Shown here piece after piece: positions 44,826 through 55,487 of a DNA stretch of 59,126 nucleotides. The translations under genes were made by a program, and so were the position numbers. Positions within the stretch are counted from its first letter, which is position 1. Each line of letters starts with the position of its first letter. Below the pieces are notes generated by a model. The model was not told where the DNA came from. It worked only from the letters and a program-made list of their open reading frames with translations, and made no database searches. The DNA is from an uncultured Oscillospiraceae bacterium (lineage in GTDB: Bacteria > Bacillota > Clostridia > Oscillospirales > Oscillospiraceae). Location: contig CALWYO010000032.1 of assembly GCA_944385785.1 (NCBI GenBank), positions 1 to 59,126 of the forward strand, read 5' to 3'.

Positions 44826-45710
44826 TTACCTCACAAAAGATTTCTTGATTTTCATTGATTCCTGCAACTTTTTTTCCTGCCTGGAGGAACGTATATTCAC
44901 AACAATAAGCAGGATAAGAACTGTCAGGAAAAGTAAAGTGGATATGGCGTTTATTTTAGGCGTTACTCGCTTTTTTGTCATAGTGTATATTGCCATTGCC
45001 AGGGTCTGACTGTTAGAACCGGCAGTAAAGAAACTTATAACAAAGTCATCTATTGACATTGTAAAAGCAATGATTGCCCCATTTATTATACCAGGCATGA
45101 TATCTGGTATGACAACTTTCCATATGGCAGAGAGCGGTGAACAGCCAAGATCCATCGCTGCGTCAACAAGATTCCTGTCCATCTGCTGAAGTTTGGGCAT
45201 AACAGAAAGAATCACGTATGGAATATTAAACGTAATGTGGGCTATAAGCAGAGTCCCAAAACCTTGAGTAAACCTTGTAGGCAAATTAAATCCGAAAACC
45301 CTGTTGAGCCATCCTGTGAAATTACCCAAAAAACCGAACGCCGCAACAAAGAGAAGACACATGGAGACGCCGGTTATGATATCAGCGTTTATCATGGGAA
45401 TGTTGTTTATGGCAAGCAGCGGAGCCCTGGTACGTTTTTTCATGTTGAAAAAACCTATTGCCGCGGCAGTACCAGCGACTGTCGCTACAAGCGCAGATAT
45501 AATCGACACTGAAAAGGTGGTAGATAGTGAGGACATTATAAGTGAGTCCTCAAAAAGCTCTCCGTACCAGTCCAGCGTAAAGCCGCTCCATACAGTACGG
45601 CTGTTTGAGCTATTAAACGAAAAAACAATAAGGACTATTATTGGCGCGTAAAGAAAAACAAATGTCAGGATAGTCAGCACACGCCCGCCGACAGACGGTC
45701 TCTCTTTCAA
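44826..45710 (-). CDS. potC: Spermidine/putrescine ABC transporter permease
   Basis: Six TM segments with the EAA-type loop ..NLVDAAMDLGCSPLSAIWKVVIP.. Confidence 0.85.
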   Translation of the reverse strand: MKERPSVGGRVLTILTFVFLYAPIIVLIVFSFNSSNSRTVWSGFTLDWYGELFEDSLIMSSLSTTFSVSIISALVATVAGTAAAIGFFNMKKRTRAPLLAINNIPMINADIITGVSMCLLFVAAFGFLGNFTGWLNRVFGFNLPTRFTQGFGTLLIAHITFNIPYVILSVMPKLQQMDRNLVDAAMDLGCSPLSAIWKVVIPDIMPGIINGAIIAFTMSIDDFVISFFTAGSNSQTLAMAIYTMTKKRVTPKINAISTLLFLTVLILLIVVNIRSSRQEKKLQESMKIKKSFVR

Positions 45711-46591
45711 AACATCACCGCCTGTTCTTCCTCGGCGCCAAACTTGTTCATTATTGTCATGCAGATTATTACGACTATCATCATTACAAGAGCGATGGCG
45801 CTGCCCAGATGGGGATTGTAAGTCCCTCCCAGAAACTGCATTTGGATAAGGTTTCCCAAAAGCATTATCTTGGCGCCTCCAAGGAGATCTGAGATGACAA
45901 AGGTGCTGACAGCGGGGACAAACACCATTGTTATACCAGAGAGAACTCCCGACAGACTTAATGGGAACACGACTTTACGGAAAACTGTACGCGGTGGGGC
46001 ACCCAGATCCCTGGCGGCCTCCAGATAAGAGGAATCGATTTTAAGAATTACTGAGTAAATGGGCAGAATCATAAACGGAAGGTAATTGTAGACCATGCCC
46101 AGAACAACGGCGCCCTGGGTGTTTATCATTTCGAAATATTCAAGATCAGTGGACAGATGTGTCCCAAAAGTATTATTAATAAAACCGCTGATGGCGTTTA
46201 TAAGGTCAAAAAGACCAATGGCTGCGAAAAACCTGTTTAAAAGTCCGGTGTTTTCCAGTATGGACATCCAGGAGTATGTACGCAGCAAAAAGTTCATCCA
46301 CATAGGTAGCATTATGATCATGACGATCATACCCTGCAGACGGGATTTTTCCTTGGCAAGAGCATGTGCCACAGGGTAACCTATGAGAAGACAGATTGCA
46401 GTGGCAATGAAGGCCAGCAAAAAAGACCTGCCGAAAACAGTGAGGTAGCTGCCGCCCATACTGGTAAAATTATCAAGTGTCAGACTGCCTGTAGACGAGG
46501 TAAAAGCGTAAACAACGATAATCAGTATAGGAGCTACTACAAATAGCGCCATCCAAAATATATAAGGGTAGGCAAAGGCTTTAGCTTTCAT
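45707..46591 (-). CDS. potB: Spermidine/putrescine ABC transporter permease
   Basis: Six TM segments with the EAA loop ..[22 protein letters not shown].. It overlaps potC as ATGA. Confidence 0.85.
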   Translation of the reverse strand: MKAKAFAYPYIFWMALFVVAPILIIVVYAFTSSTGSLTLDNFTSMGGSYLTVFGRSFLLAFIATAICLLIGYPVAHALAKEKSRLQGMIVMIIMLPMWMNFLLRTYSWMSILENTGLLNRFFAAIGLFDLINAISGFINNTFGTHLSTDLEYFEMINTQGAVVLGMVYNYLPFMILPIYSVILKIDSSYLEAARDLGAPPRTVFRKVVFPLSLSGVLSGITMVFVPAVSTFVISDLLGGAKIMLLGNLIQMQFLGGTYNPHLGSAIALVMMIVVIICMTIMNKFGAEEEQAVMF

Positions 46592-47810
46592 AGTATTCCT
46601 CCTCGTCTACAGACTCCTCCTCTTGATATTCAGCATCGCTGATTTCGTCATATTCTGCGCTGTAGGAGCTGTAGTCGCCATACATACCTGAATACTCGCT
46701 TTTTTTCATAACATGGAAACTGTCGGGATCGAGTTTGATACCTATATGGGAACCAACTGGGCAAAAGTCGGTTGTCTCTATGAGCCATTTGAAACCTTTA
46801 AAATCTACTATTATGTCATAATGCATACCCTTAAATGTTACGCTGGTTACAAGTCCGGTAAGCGCACCCTGCGTGACGTCGACTATATCTACATCTTCTG
46901 GACGGATAACTACGTCAACTGGCTCATCTTTTTCAAACCCACTGTCCACACACTGAAATTGCCTGCCGAAAATCTCCACAAGTCTGTCAGCGCGCATTAT
47001 ACCGTCAACAATGTTTGACTCCCCAATAAAATCGGCTACAAAAGCATTTTTTGGCTCATTGTATATATCCTCAGGGGTGCCAATCTGTTGTATCTTTCCA
47101 TTGTTCATAACAACTACTGTATCGCTCATGGCAAGAGCTTCTTCCTGGTCGTGGGTTACGTATATAAATGTAATTCCCATCTGCTGCTGAATGCGTTTGA
47201 GCTCCTGCTGCATGTCTTTACGCAGGCGCATATCGAGAGCTCCCAACGGCTCATCTAAAAGCAGCACTTTTGGGCGGTTAACAAGGGCGCGTGCTATTGC
47301 CACGCGCTGCTGCTGACCGCCTGAGAGGGATGATACAGTTCGTTTTTCAAAGCCCTTCAATGAGACGACTTCCAACATTTCCTGTACCCGCTGATCGATC
47401 TCATCTTTTGAGAGCTTTACTTTTTTCGATTTTTTACGCTTTCCTCTGCCAGAGGACTCTGAATTTATATCTGTTCCGCCTTCGTCAACAGACTTTGGTA
47501 TACGCAGCCCGAAAGCCACGTTGTCATACACGTTCAAATGCGGAAAAAGAGCGTATTTTTGAAATACGGTGTTTACCTGCCGAAGGTATGGCGGAACATC
47601 ATTAATCCTCACCCCGTCGAAAAAGACATCACCTGATGTTGGCACCAGGAAACCGCCTATAATCCGCAGCGTCGTTGTCTTACCGCAACCGCTGGGTCCG
47701 AGCAGCGTGAGGAATTCCTTATCGTTAAAATAGATATTCATGTTGTCCAGAACGGTATCACCGTCAAATGTCATGGACACGTCTTTAAGACGAATGAGCT
47801 CTTTTGACAT
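46581..47810 (-). CDS. potA: Spermidine/putrescine ABC transporter ATPase with a Lys-rich insertion and an acidic/Tyr-rich C-terminal tail
   Basis: [10 protein letters not shown]-loop, [26 protein letters not shown] and a TOBE-like C domain. The start was chosen at MSKEL (GGGGGAGG RBS). Confidence 0.88.
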   Translation of the reverse strand: MSKELIRLKDVSMTFDGDTVLDNMNIYFNDKEFLTLLGPSGCGKTTTLRIIGGFLVPTSGDVFFDGVRINDVPPYLRQVNTVFQKYALFPHLNVYDNVAFGLRIPKSVDEGGTDINSESSGRGKRKKSKKVKLSKDEIDQRVQEMLEVVSLKGFEKRTVSSLSGGQQQRVAIARALVNRPKVLLLDEPLGALDMRLRKDMQQELKRIQQQMGITFIYVTHDQEEALAMSDTVVVMNNGKIQQIGTPEDIYNEPKNAFVADFIGESNIVDGIMRADRLVEIFGRQFQCVDSGFEKDEPVDVVIRPEDVDIVDVTQGALTGLVTSVTFKGMHYDIIVDFKGFKWLIETTDFCPVGSHIGIKLDPDSFHVMKKSEYSGMYGDYSSYSAEYDEISDAEYQEEESVDEEEYYES

Positions 47811-47865
47811 TATCCTCCCCCTCATTTCACCGAATTATAAAAGCCTTATATAAGACTAGGACTTA

Positions 47866-47894
47866 AATATACATATTCCTCAGTGAAAAGTCAA
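47866..47894 (-). promoter_or_regulatory. Candidate potABCD promoter (TTGACT-17-TATATT)
   Basis: The minus strand reads TTGACT tttcactgaggaatatg TATATT, directly after the stop of the rluA-family gene. Confidence 0.45.
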
Positions 47895-47901
47895 TGAGTA
47901 T

Positions 47902-48864
47902 TCATGTTAAATAAAATAATTTTTCGACAAATTCAGGCAAAATTGCGGTAAATTCCCGGCCATTTAAATAATCTAATAACCCACCATTACTTTTAAATGC
48001 AAAACGGAGTTTATATGAGCATAGAGCCTGGCCTGGGATACTCAGACCTTGAGGCAGTTTTCTGCTGCCATATTTGCCGTCTCCAACAAGAGGATGGCCT
48101 GCTGAGGAAAACTGCGCGCGAATCTGATGGGTGCGTCCTGTTAAGAGTTCACATTCCAACAGAGAGATTCCGTTGGAGACTCTAAGAGTTTTATAGCGCG
48201 TAATTGCTGTCTTTGCGCCGCGTTCAGGTGTAGAACGTACGTATACACGGTTTTGCTTTGCGTCTTTAAAGATATATCCGCGCAATTCACCTGAAGGAGG
48301 GGAGAGCTCTCCCCAGACTGCTGCCAGATATATTTTGTCTATCTCCCTTGAACGTATTTTCTCGTCTATTATGCGAAGCGACTGGGCGTTTTTGGCGGCT
48401 ATGACAATCCCGCCGGTGTTTCTGTCTATTCTGTTGCAAAGGGCTGGAGAGAAAGAATTTTCATCCTTGGGGTCCCATTGACCGCTTTTATAAAGATATG
48501 CTTTTATATTTGAGATAAGCGTATTGTAATCCCACTCTCCTGCTGAGTGGCAAAGAACACCGACCTTCTTGTCTGCCAGCAGTATATTGTCGTCTTCGTA
48601 TATTATATCAACTCTGGGAGTGTTAATTTTCAGATACGCATTATCTTCTGTGAGACGCTGGAAAAACTCGTCGTTTATATATAGCTGCACCGCATCGCCG
48701 GCGACGAGACGGGTATCCCTTTTCGAGCCTTTTCCGTTTACTTTGATACGTTTCAGGCGGATATATTTTTGCAGGAGAGATTCAGGAAGCAGGGGAACGG
48801 CCTTACCAATAAATCTGTCAAGCCGCTGACCGGCGTCATTTTTGTTTATTATGAATTCTTTCAT
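47902..48864 (-). CDS. RluA-family 23S rRNA pseudouridine synthase with an N-terminal S4 domain
   Basis: S4-like QRLDRFIGK..IRLKRIKVNG. Catalytic motif ..ALCNRIDRNTGGIVIAAKN.. and ..GRTHQIRAQF.. Confidence 0.85.
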   Translation of the reverse strand: MKEFIINKNDAGQRLDRFIGKAVPLLPESLLQKYIRLKRIKVNGKGSKRDTRLVAGDAVQLYINDEFFQRLTEDNAYLKINTPRVDIIYEDDNILLADKKVGVLCHSAGEWDYNTLISNIKAYLYKSGQWDPKDENSFSPALCNRIDRNTGGIVIAAKNAQSLRIIDEKIRSREIDKIYLAAVWGELSPPSGELRGYIFKDAKQNRVYVRSTPERGAKTAITRYKTLRVSNGISLLECELLTGRTHQIRAQFSSAGHPLVGDGKYGSRKLPQGLSIPGQALCSYKLRFAFKSNGGLLDYLNGREFTAILPEFVEKLFYLT

Positions 48865-49052
48865 GTAAATCCGCCTTATCCCATGATTTTAATATGATTA
48901 TACCATTAAAAGGCCTGTGCGGCAACGGAACCAATCAACGGGAGATGGAAAATTCCTTGGAAAAATATATTTTTTAAAATTTTGCTTGCATTTTTCTGTT
49001 TCGTCTGCTACTATAATATAGCTCTTTAATTCAAGGCAAGGAGGTGCAGCAG

Positions 49053-49241
49053 ATGGCAAAGTGTGAGTTTTGCGGTAAGGGTGTTACTTTCGGCATTAAG
49101 GTTAGCCATTCCCATAGGCGTTCCAACCGTGCCTGGAAGCCAAATGTTAAGCGCGTAAAGGCGGTTGTTGACGGAACTAATCGTCACGTCTATGTCTGTA
49201 CCAGGTGCCTCCGCAGCGGAAAAGTTACCCGCGCTGTGTAA
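49053..49241 (+). CDS. rpmB: 50S ribosomal protein L28
   Basis: MAKCEFCGKGVTFGIKVSHSHRRSNRAWKPNVKRVK.. GGAGG lies 8 nt upstream of the ATG at 49053. Confidence 0.92.
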   Translation: MAKCEFCGKGVTFGIKVSHSHRRSNRAWKPNVKRVKAVVDGTNRHVYVCTRCLRSGKVTRAV

Positions 49242-49256
49242 TCGGTAGATACTGCA

Positions 49257-49294
49257 TAAAAATGCCCGCAGTCATATGACTGCGGGCATTTTTA
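49257..49294 (+). terminator. Intrinsic terminator after rpmB
   Basis: aaaaatgcccgcagtcatatgactgcgggcattttta. Confidence 0.85.
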
Positions 49295-49377
49295 TATGCC
49301 TGTCTGGCACATATTGAAGCACCAGGCTTTTATTGGTATAATAAATGCACTCTATATAAAAACGGGGAAATGACAAT

Positions 49378-49608
49378 ATGAAGAAAACGTGTATTTTTCT
49401 GCTCCTAATCGGCGGCGCCCTCGTTTTATGGGGGATAGTGGACGTTTATAACTGGGCTACGACTGGTAAGCAGCTCATTGAGCTTTATCCCGATGTGTCC
49501 AGCATTGCCGAACTGGTGCGCTATTCACTCCTAAGCGGAATAATCAAGGCAATCCTGGGGATGACTATGGCCGCTGCAACGTATATCATCTCAAAGAAAG
49601 CGGGATAA
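49378..49608 (+). CDS. Small two-TM membrane protein (76 aa)
   Basis: GGGGA RBS and two hydrophobic helices. No recognisable family. Confidence 0.5.
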   Translation: MKKTCIFLLLIGGALVLWGIVDVYNWATTGKQLIELYPDVSSIAELVRYSLLSGIIKAILGMTMAAATYIISKKAG

Positions 49609-49611
49609 AAC

Positions 49612-50112
49612 GTGAAGACACTTTATCTAATTGGCGGACCTATGGGAGTAGGAAAGACTGCCGTATCAAATAATCTGAAAAAACTTCTGCCTGACAGCGT
49701 ATTCCTTGACGGGGACTGGTGCTGGGACGCGTATCCGTTTAGAGTGACGGAAGAGACAAAAGCAATGGTCCTGAAAAACATACAATTTCTGCTGAACAGT
49801 TTTATAAAGTGCACAGCATATAAGAACATTATTTTTTGCTGGGTTATGCATATGCAGGAGATAATCAATGATATAATCTCCGGCATAGATGTATCCAGCT
49901 GCAGGGTGATAAAGGTATCTCTTTTATCCGATGGCAATACGCTCCGCAGCAGGCTTATGAAGGATGTGGCGATGGATCTACGCAAAGAGGACGTTATTGA
50001 GAGAAGCCTTGCATATTTGCCTTTATATAATGGCCTTGATACTATAAAGGTTGATACTAACAGCAAAACTGCGGGAGAAGTTGCGGAGGAAATAGCGAGT
50101 CTGGACTGTTAA
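49612..50112 (+). CDS. P-loop NTPase/kinase-like protein (AAA_33-like)
   Basis: LIGGPMGVGKTAV Walker A at the N-terminus. About 166 aa. GTG start 3 nt after the preceding stop. Confidence 0.6.
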   Translation: MKTLYLIGGPMGVGKTAVSNNLKKLLPDSVFLDGDWCWDAYPFRVTEETKAMVLKNIQFLLNSFIKCTAYKNIIFCWVMHMQEIINDIISGIDVSSCRVIKVSLLSDGNTLRSRLMKDVAMDLRKEDVIERSLAYLPLYNGLDTIKVDTNSKTAGEVAEEIASLDC

Positions 50113-50134
50113 ATAGGTATAATTTTAATAACCT

Positions 50135-50177
50135 AAACGCCGCACTTTGTGATTATCTGTCATAAAGTGCGGCGTTT
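50135..50177. terminator. Bidirectional terminator between the P-loop gene and yccF
   Basis: aaacgccgcacttt-(15 nt)-aaagtgcggcgttt. Confidence 0.75.
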
Positions 50178-50207
50178 GAGTTGTAAATTTTTATATCGAA
50201 TCTATAA

Positions 50208-50576
50208 TTATTCCACACTTGCACCAAAAGGAGTCAGAGCAAGTTTTGCAAATTTAAAGCACTGAAGGCCAAAGGGTATGCCAATGACTGTCACGCAAAG
50301 TACTATACCGTTTAGAACAGCCGACAGGGCCAGTGGAATACCGCCGAATATCACCCAAAACACATTAGCTACTGCTGACATCGCTCCGCCCCCATAGCGG
50401 ATCTCTTTGCCAAAAGGAAAAAATACCAGCGAAGCAAGCTTAAAACACTGCAGTCCGATGGGTATCCCAATTATAGTTATGCACCATAATACTCCTGTCA
50501 AAGTCCACGCCAGCCCCTGCCACAGTCCGCAAAACAGAAACCACAGCGCATTTCCAAGGCATCCTATCTCCATCAC
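50208..50576 (-). CDS. yccF: YccF-domain inner membrane protein
   Basis: Duplicated motif ..WCITIIGIPIGLQCFKLA.. / ..LCVTVIGIPFGLQCFKFA.. The exact start is uncertain. Confidence 0.8.
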   Translation of the reverse strand: MMEIGCLGNALWFLFCGLWQGLAWTLTGVLWCITIIGIPIGLQCFKLASLVFFPFGKEIRYGGGAMSAVANVFWVIFGGIPLALSAVLNGIVLCVTVIGIPFGLQCFKFAKLALTPFGASVE

Positions 50577-50686
50577 CTCCCAGCTGCATCATTATAGACC
50601 ATATACAAAGCAAATTCCATCAGAATGTTTTTTCTACCTATAACATTTCACAATAAACCATGCTATACATTTATCTTTAAAATTTA

Positions 50687-50712
50687 CCGGAGGCAGAATT
50701 CCTTGCCTCCGG
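50687..50712 (-). terminator. Terminator hairpin downstream of der
   Basis: ccggaggca-(8 nt)-tgcctccgg. Confidence 0.5.
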
Positions 50713-50752
50713 CAGTTAATTAAGGTAAAGGGTTGACGGGCTGGAAAATGCT

Positions 50753-52078
50753 TTAAAGATTCTCCCCACGCTGACGTATTGTAAGTCGTATTGGAGTGCC
50801 TTCCAGACCAAATACGCTGCGTAGCTGGTTCTCGATATATCTCTGATATGAGAAGTGGAAGAGCTCTGAGTTATTGCAGAAGACAACAAAAGAAGGCGGC
50901 TTTATGCCAGTTTGAGTCATATAGAATATTTTTAGCCGTTTTCCCTTATCGCTGGGGGGCTGTACTCTTGCTTGTGCGTCGGCTAACACATTGTTGAGCA
51001 TACCGGTGGTTATACGCATACTGCTCTGCTCATTTACAAAATTTACAAGTTCAAATATTCTTTCAACACGTTGACCTGTCAGCGCAGAGACAAAGAGAAT
51101 TGGCGCATAGGACATAAAGGAGAGATCGCGCTGTATGGCCTCTCTCATCTTATCCATTGTGTTGGTATCTTTTTCTACAAGATCCCACTTATTTACAAGG
51201 ACTATGCTGGCCTTACCGGATTCATGCGCCATGCCGGCGACTTTGGTGTCCTGTTCGGTGACTCCGTCACGAGCGTCTATCATTATCAGGCAGACGTCGG
51301 CTCTATCGATTGCCATCTGAGCTCTGAGAACGGAATATTTTTCGACTTTATCCTCGACTCTTGAACGACGGCGCATACCGGCAGTGTCAATTAGAATATA
51401 TTTCCCATACTCATTGGAAAAAGGCGTATCGACGGCGTCTCTGGTGGTGCCGGCTATGTCGGAGACAATCACACGTTCTTCGCCTAAAATCCGGTTGACA
51501 ATTGAAGATTTTCCAACATTAGGTTTGCCGATAAAAGCAATTTTGACAGCATCTTCATCCTGTGTTTCCTCCTCTTCAGAGGGGAAGTATTTCATACATG
51601 CGTCTAAAAGATCACCTGTGCCGTGGCCATGGACTGCGGATACGGCTATTGGATCGCCCAGGCCCAGAGCGTAAAATTCATAAATAGCAGGGTCTACAGT
51701 GCCAACTGAATCCATCTTATTAACTGCCAGGACTATCGGCTTACCAGAGCGCAGAAGCATAGTTGCAACGTCTTCATCAGCTGCCGTAACGCCTGTAGTA
51801 ACATCGCCTACAAATATTATTACGTCTGCTGAATCTACCGCGGCAAGAGCCTGGTTACGCATAAATTCAAGTATCTGACTGTCTGTTTTCGGTTCAATGC
51901 CGCCAGTGTCAATAAGGTCAAAGGTTCGGCCGGACCATTCACATTCGGCATAAAGCCTGTCTCTGGTGACTCCGGGGGTATCCTCTACAATAGATAGTCT
52001 TCTGCCGACCAACCTGTTGAATAACATGGACTTTCCCACGTTGGGTCTTCCAACTATGGCGACTAAGGGTTTTGACAT
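50753..52078 (-). CDS. der: Ribosome-associated GTPase Der/EngA
   Basis: Two G domains (GRPNVGKS..DTGG..NKMD and GKPNVGKS..DTAG..NKWD) plus a KH-like C-terminus. Confidence 0.93.
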   Translation of the reverse strand: MSKPLVAIVGRPNVGKSMLFNRLVGRRLSIVEDTPGVTRDRLYAECEWSGRTFDLIDTGGIEPKTDSQILEFMRNQALAAVDSADVIIFVGDVTTGVTAADEDVATMLLRSGKPIVLAVNKMDSVGTVDPAIYEFYALGLGDPIAVSAVHGHGTGDLLDACMKYFPSEEEETQDEDAVKIAFIGKPNVGKSSIVNRILGEERVIVSDIAGTTRDAVDTPFSNEYGKYILIDTAGMRRRSRVEDKVEKYSVLRAQMAIDRADVCLIMIDARDGVTEQDTKVAGMAHESGKASIVLVNKWDLVEKDTNTMDKMREAIQRDLSFMSYAPILFVSALTGQRVERIFELVNFVNEQSSMRITTGMLNNVLADAQARVQPPSDKGKRLKIFYMTQTGIKPPSFVVFCNNSELFHFSYQRYIENQLRSVFGLEGTPIRLTIRQRGENL

Positions 52079-52088
52079 GATATCACTC

Positions 52089-53390
52089 CTAATCCATCAT
52101 AGCGTCCAATAAGACGCCGCCGTCGTTTTCTATGGGTATAACAGGTACTCCTAACTCTGATGTGACTTCGTCCAATGTGATGTCGTCTAAAAATATACCG
52201 CCGCCGTCACGCAGCATTCTGTTTGTAATATAAACACGCCTTCCAAGATCTCTGCCTTTAAGCTGAGTAATCAGATCTCTGCCTGTTATAAGTCCCGCAA
52301 CGTCTACGCTGTGCCCAAAAAAGTCGTTGACGATAGGGTAGACGCGTCCGTCTATTTCTGGAAATCGTGATGTGGCAGTGTCAAGAAGCTGCTTTATAGT
52401 GCTCGCAGCCGCTACGCCTGTAGCGATGGAGAAGGGAGTACCAGAAGCAGGACCGCTCACCATGTCAAGTGCGTCCTGAAACTCAGATATGAGCAGCCGT
52501 ATAAGGCCAACTCCGTTTTCCAGCTGCGGGTATCCCTCATAGAAATCTTCATCTGGTATTGGAAGACTGGCTTTCAAGTACAATTCATCTGAACAGAAAA
52601 AAATACGGCTTCCATATTTTTTAAGGTATATTTCTGACTGCTTTTCTACCAAATGGACTGTTTGGATAGCTCCATCTTTACTAAATGGTGTGAGCGGGTA
52701 TAATCCCTGACGGTGCCCAGTGAGACCAACTGGTATGACAGACACGCTGTGCATGGATGGGTATAACGCTGAGAGCTGCTCCATTGTACGGAGAAGTTCC
52801 TCGCCGTCGTTGATGCCGGGACAGCAGACTATCTGGCAATTCATCTCTATACCGGCATCGGCAAAGCGCCGTATGGCTTCAATGCCGCGCCCTGCGTTTT
52901 TGTTTCCCAGCATCATACATCTCAGGTCAGGATCCATGGTATGAACAGATATATTTATTGGGCTTATTTTCAAATCTATTACCCGCTGGATGGCGCGTTC
53001 GGACATATTTGTAAGAGTGACATAGCTGCCGGTTAGAAAAGAAAGGCGGACATCGTCATCTTTGAAGTACAGTGTCTCTCTCATACCTGGTGGAAGCTGA
53101 TCGACAAAACAGAATATGCAGTTATTGGCGCATGCTCTGGGCGAATCCATGAGATATTCTTCAAATTCCAGTCCCGCGTCCTCGCCCTCATCTTTTAAGA
53201 GCTCTATAATCTCTCTGCTGCCGTCTTTATGCTGTATCAGAAAAGACGGATCGGCATCATAAGAGTAATACATATAATCAAGTACATCGGCAATTGGCCG
53301 CCCGTTTATCTCTAACAGAGTGTCGCCGGGAATTATGCCGGCGTCAAAAGCGGCGCTGTCATTATCGACGCGGCTCACCGTATTGAGCAT
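52089..53390 (-). CDS. DUF512 protein (PDZ plus a radical-SAM-like CxxxCxxC core)
   Basis: N-terminal PDZ-like GIIPGDTLLEINGRPI, then CANNCIFCF. It sits immediately upstream of der, as in many Firmicutes. Confidence 0.75.
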   Translation of the reverse strand: MLNTVSRVDNDSAAFDAGIIPGDTLLEINGRPIADVLDYMYYSYDADPSFLIQHKDGSREIIELLKDEGEDAGLEFEEYLMDSPRACANNCIFCFVDQLPPGMRETLYFKDDDVRLSFLTGSYVTLTNMSERAIQRVIDLKISPINISVHTMDPDLRCMMLGNKNAGRGIEAIRRFADAGIEMNCQIVCCPGINDGEELLRTMEQLSALYPSMHSVSVIPVGLTGHRQGLYPLTPFSKDGAIQTVHLVEKQSEIYLKKYGSRIFFCSDELYLKASLPIPDEDFYEGYPQLENGVGLIRLLISEFQDALDMVSGPASGTPFSIATGVAAASTIKQLLDTATSRFPEIDGRVYPIVNDFFGHSVDVAGLITGRDLITQLKGRDLGRRVYITNRMLRDGGGIFLDDITLDEVTSELGVPVIPIENDGGVLLDAMMD

Positions 53391-53420
53391 ATTTTCGCCT
53401 CCCGCTCATAAGATTATAAT

Positions 53421-53450
53421 AAAAAACGGCGGGAATTCCCGCCGTTTTTT
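53421..53450. terminator. Palindromic terminator after rpmF
   Basis: aaaaaacggcgggaattcccgccgtttttt. Confidence 0.85.
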
Positions 53451-53459
53451 AGGTTCGAT

Positions 53460-53645
53460 TTATTTGCTTTCCACAGAGACGACGTCACGCCCGTTATAAG
53501 AGCCGCAGGCCTTGCAAGCCCTGTGGGGCAGACGGAGTTCGCCGCACTTGGGGCAAGCAACGAGACCGGGAACAGCCAGCTTCCAGTTGGAGCCACGCCT
53601 CTTGTCTCTTCTTGCTTTCGAAACCTTCCCCTTTGGTACTGCCAT
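53460..53645 (-). CDS. rpmF: 50S ribosomal protein L32
   Basis: [35 protein letters not shown]. Confidence 0.93.
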   Translation of the reverse strand: MAVPKGKVSKARRDKRRGSNWKLAVPGLVACPKCGELRLPHRACKACGSYNGRDVVSVESK

Positions 53646-53659
53646 AATGACACCTCCTG

Positions 53660-54169
53660 TTATTTATCGTTCTCCAGGAGCTGTCCTAAGACAGCCAGCC
53701 TGGGGTCGCGGTCTTCCCTGCAATCGCAGGGGCCATCATTTAGATCCTTGCCACATTTTGGACAAAGTCCTTTGCAGTCAGGTTTGCACAACTGGCGCTG
53801 TTCCATGTTGAGAACCAGGGCAGTGCCCGCAATTTCCCACATGTCGGCAAAACCGTTGTCAAGCAGATAGTAATCAGTGTTCTCTTCATCTTGAAGCTCA
53901 TTGGCTAACAACGAGTAGATCCTGAGGGCCACGTGCTTGGGAAACTCTTTAAGACATCTGGCGCAAACGCACGTCATATCTGTTGACAAGTGTCCTTCCA
54001 GCACCAGCACACCGGCTCGATTTTCGACTTTGCCTGTTACATGGAGTGGAGCCAGAAATTCCTTGACGGAGTCAAAATGGAGTTTGCTGAGATCCATCTC
54101 CATATCGAAAGGAACAACACCGCCAGGTATGTTTATAATAGTTCTTAAATCAAGAAGCATAGAGAACAT
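53660..54169 (-). CDS. yceD: YceD/DUF177 family protein (23S rRNA accumulation factor)
   Basis: C-terminal [23 protein letters not shown] motif, upstream of rpmF. The probable true start is the ATG at 54160 (AGGAG 9 nt upstream). Confidence 0.85.
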   Translation of the reverse strand: MFSMLLDLRTIINIPGGVVPFDMEMDLSKLHFDSVKEFLAPLHVTGKVENRAGVLVLEGHLSTDMTCVCARCLKEFPKHVALRIYSLLANELQDEENTDYYLLDNGFADMWEIAGTALVLNMEQRQLCKPDCKGLCPKCGKDLNDGPCDCREDRDPRLAVLGQLLENDK

Positions 54170-54197
54170 CTCCTGCGCCTGATAGTCGCGCTAAAGT

Positions 54198-54226
54198 ATT
54201 ATAATTTAATTGTCCGCTGATGTCAA
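54198..54226 (-). promoter_or_regulatory. Consensus sigma-A promoter (TTGACA-17-TATAAT) for yceD-rpmF
   Basis: The minus strand reads TTGACA tcagcggacaattaaat TATAAT. Confidence 0.65.
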
Positions 54227-54543
54227 CAATTATTTGTGTTTTATACTTTAATTAAAAAGAAATATGTATTCTGATTTGCAGAGAGATGATATAAACAGAT
54301 TGAGTTTGCCAAAGCGCATGAGCCGTGGTAAAATAATTAATATCAAATATTCAGGAAATACTGAGTAGTAATACGAGACTTGTTCTGATGCAGGATGACA
54401 CGCCGTCTTTTAATTGTTGTATTTGTTGATGACTGATATTTATCAGTTGAGCTGAAAATACTTGCCAAAACTGAGATTTTTTTATAAAATTTTATATGAT
54501 GATAAATGCGGCGTCAACGCCGTAATATGGAGGTGCAGCGGAA

Positions 54544-55485
54544 ATGGAACCAGAAAACGGGATGTTGCTCAAAAGCCTCGTAGAGGAAATAGGCCTGCAA
54601 GTAGTATATAAATCAACAGATTACGACAGGGTTGTAATTTCAAGCCAGGTTATTAACCGTCCGGGTCTTCAGCTCACCGGCTTTTATGACCACTTTACGG
54701 CAAACCGATTGCAGATAATAGGAATAATTGAGGACGCATATTTACATGAATTTCCTGAGGATGTGAGACAGCAGAAGTTTTATGACCTTATGGAGAGCGG
54801 GATACCGGCGCTTATCATAGCCCACGATGTTGAGACTATGCCTGAATGCGTTGTGGCGGCGGAGAAATATGATGTTACGCTTTTAAAATCAGGTAAGGAT
54901 ACTTCGGAAATAATCGTTACAATGATGACCAGGCTCAACAATGCCCTGGCCCCGAAGATCATGCGCCACGGTGTATTTGTTGAAGTCTACGGGGAAGGAC
55001 TGCTTATAATCGGGGAGAGCGGTATGGGTAAAAGTGAGACGGCGCTTGAGCTGATAAAGAGGGGACACCGTCTGATATCCGACGATGCAGTTAATATTAA
55101 AAAGATAAATTCATCAACACTCATGGGAACGGCACCGGACCTTATACGTAATTATATTGAACTCAGAGGCATAGGCGTTGTTGACGTCCGGCATATTTTT
55201 GGCAATGGAGCCGTGAAAATGGGCGAAAAGATCGACCTTGTAGTGCGGCTTGAGACATGGAAACAGGATGCTACATATGATAGATTGGGTAATAATACAC
55301 AGTATATAGATATCTTGGGAGTAAAACTTCCATATCTGACTGTACCTGTAACGCCGGGAAGGAATTTGGCTGTAATATTGGAAGTGGCCGCCATGAACAA
55401 CAGGCAAAAACGTATGGGCTACGATTCTGCCAGAGACTTTTCTGAGAGGCTTGACCAGTATTTTGACGCTTTGGAAGAGGGCTGA
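54544..55485 (+). CDS. hprK: HPr(Ser) kinase/phosphorylase
   Basis: GVFVEVYGEGLLIIGESGMGKSETALELIKRGHRLISDD..ELRGIGVVDV. Confidence 0.93.
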   Translation: MEPENGMLLKSLVEEIGLQVVYKSTDYDRVVISSQVINRPGLQLTGFYDHFTANRLQIIGIIEDAYLHEFPEDVRQQKFYDLMESGIPALIIAHDVETMPECVVAAEKYDVTLLKSGKDTSEIIVTMMTRLNNALAPKIMRHGVFVEVYGEGLLIIGESGMGKSETALELIKRGHRLISDDAVNIKKINSSTLMGTAPDLIRNYIELRGIGVVDVRHIFGNGAVKMGEKIDLVVRLETWKQDATYDRLGNNTQYIDILGVKLPYLTVPVTPGRNLAVILEVAAMNNRQKRMGYDSARDFSERLDQYFDALEEG

Positions 55486-55487
55486 CA

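Noticed and set aside
53414-53870. ORFs of 79-115 aa overlapping rpmF and yceD
   Set aside because: They are alternative frames and strands of two highly conserved genes (L32 and YceD).
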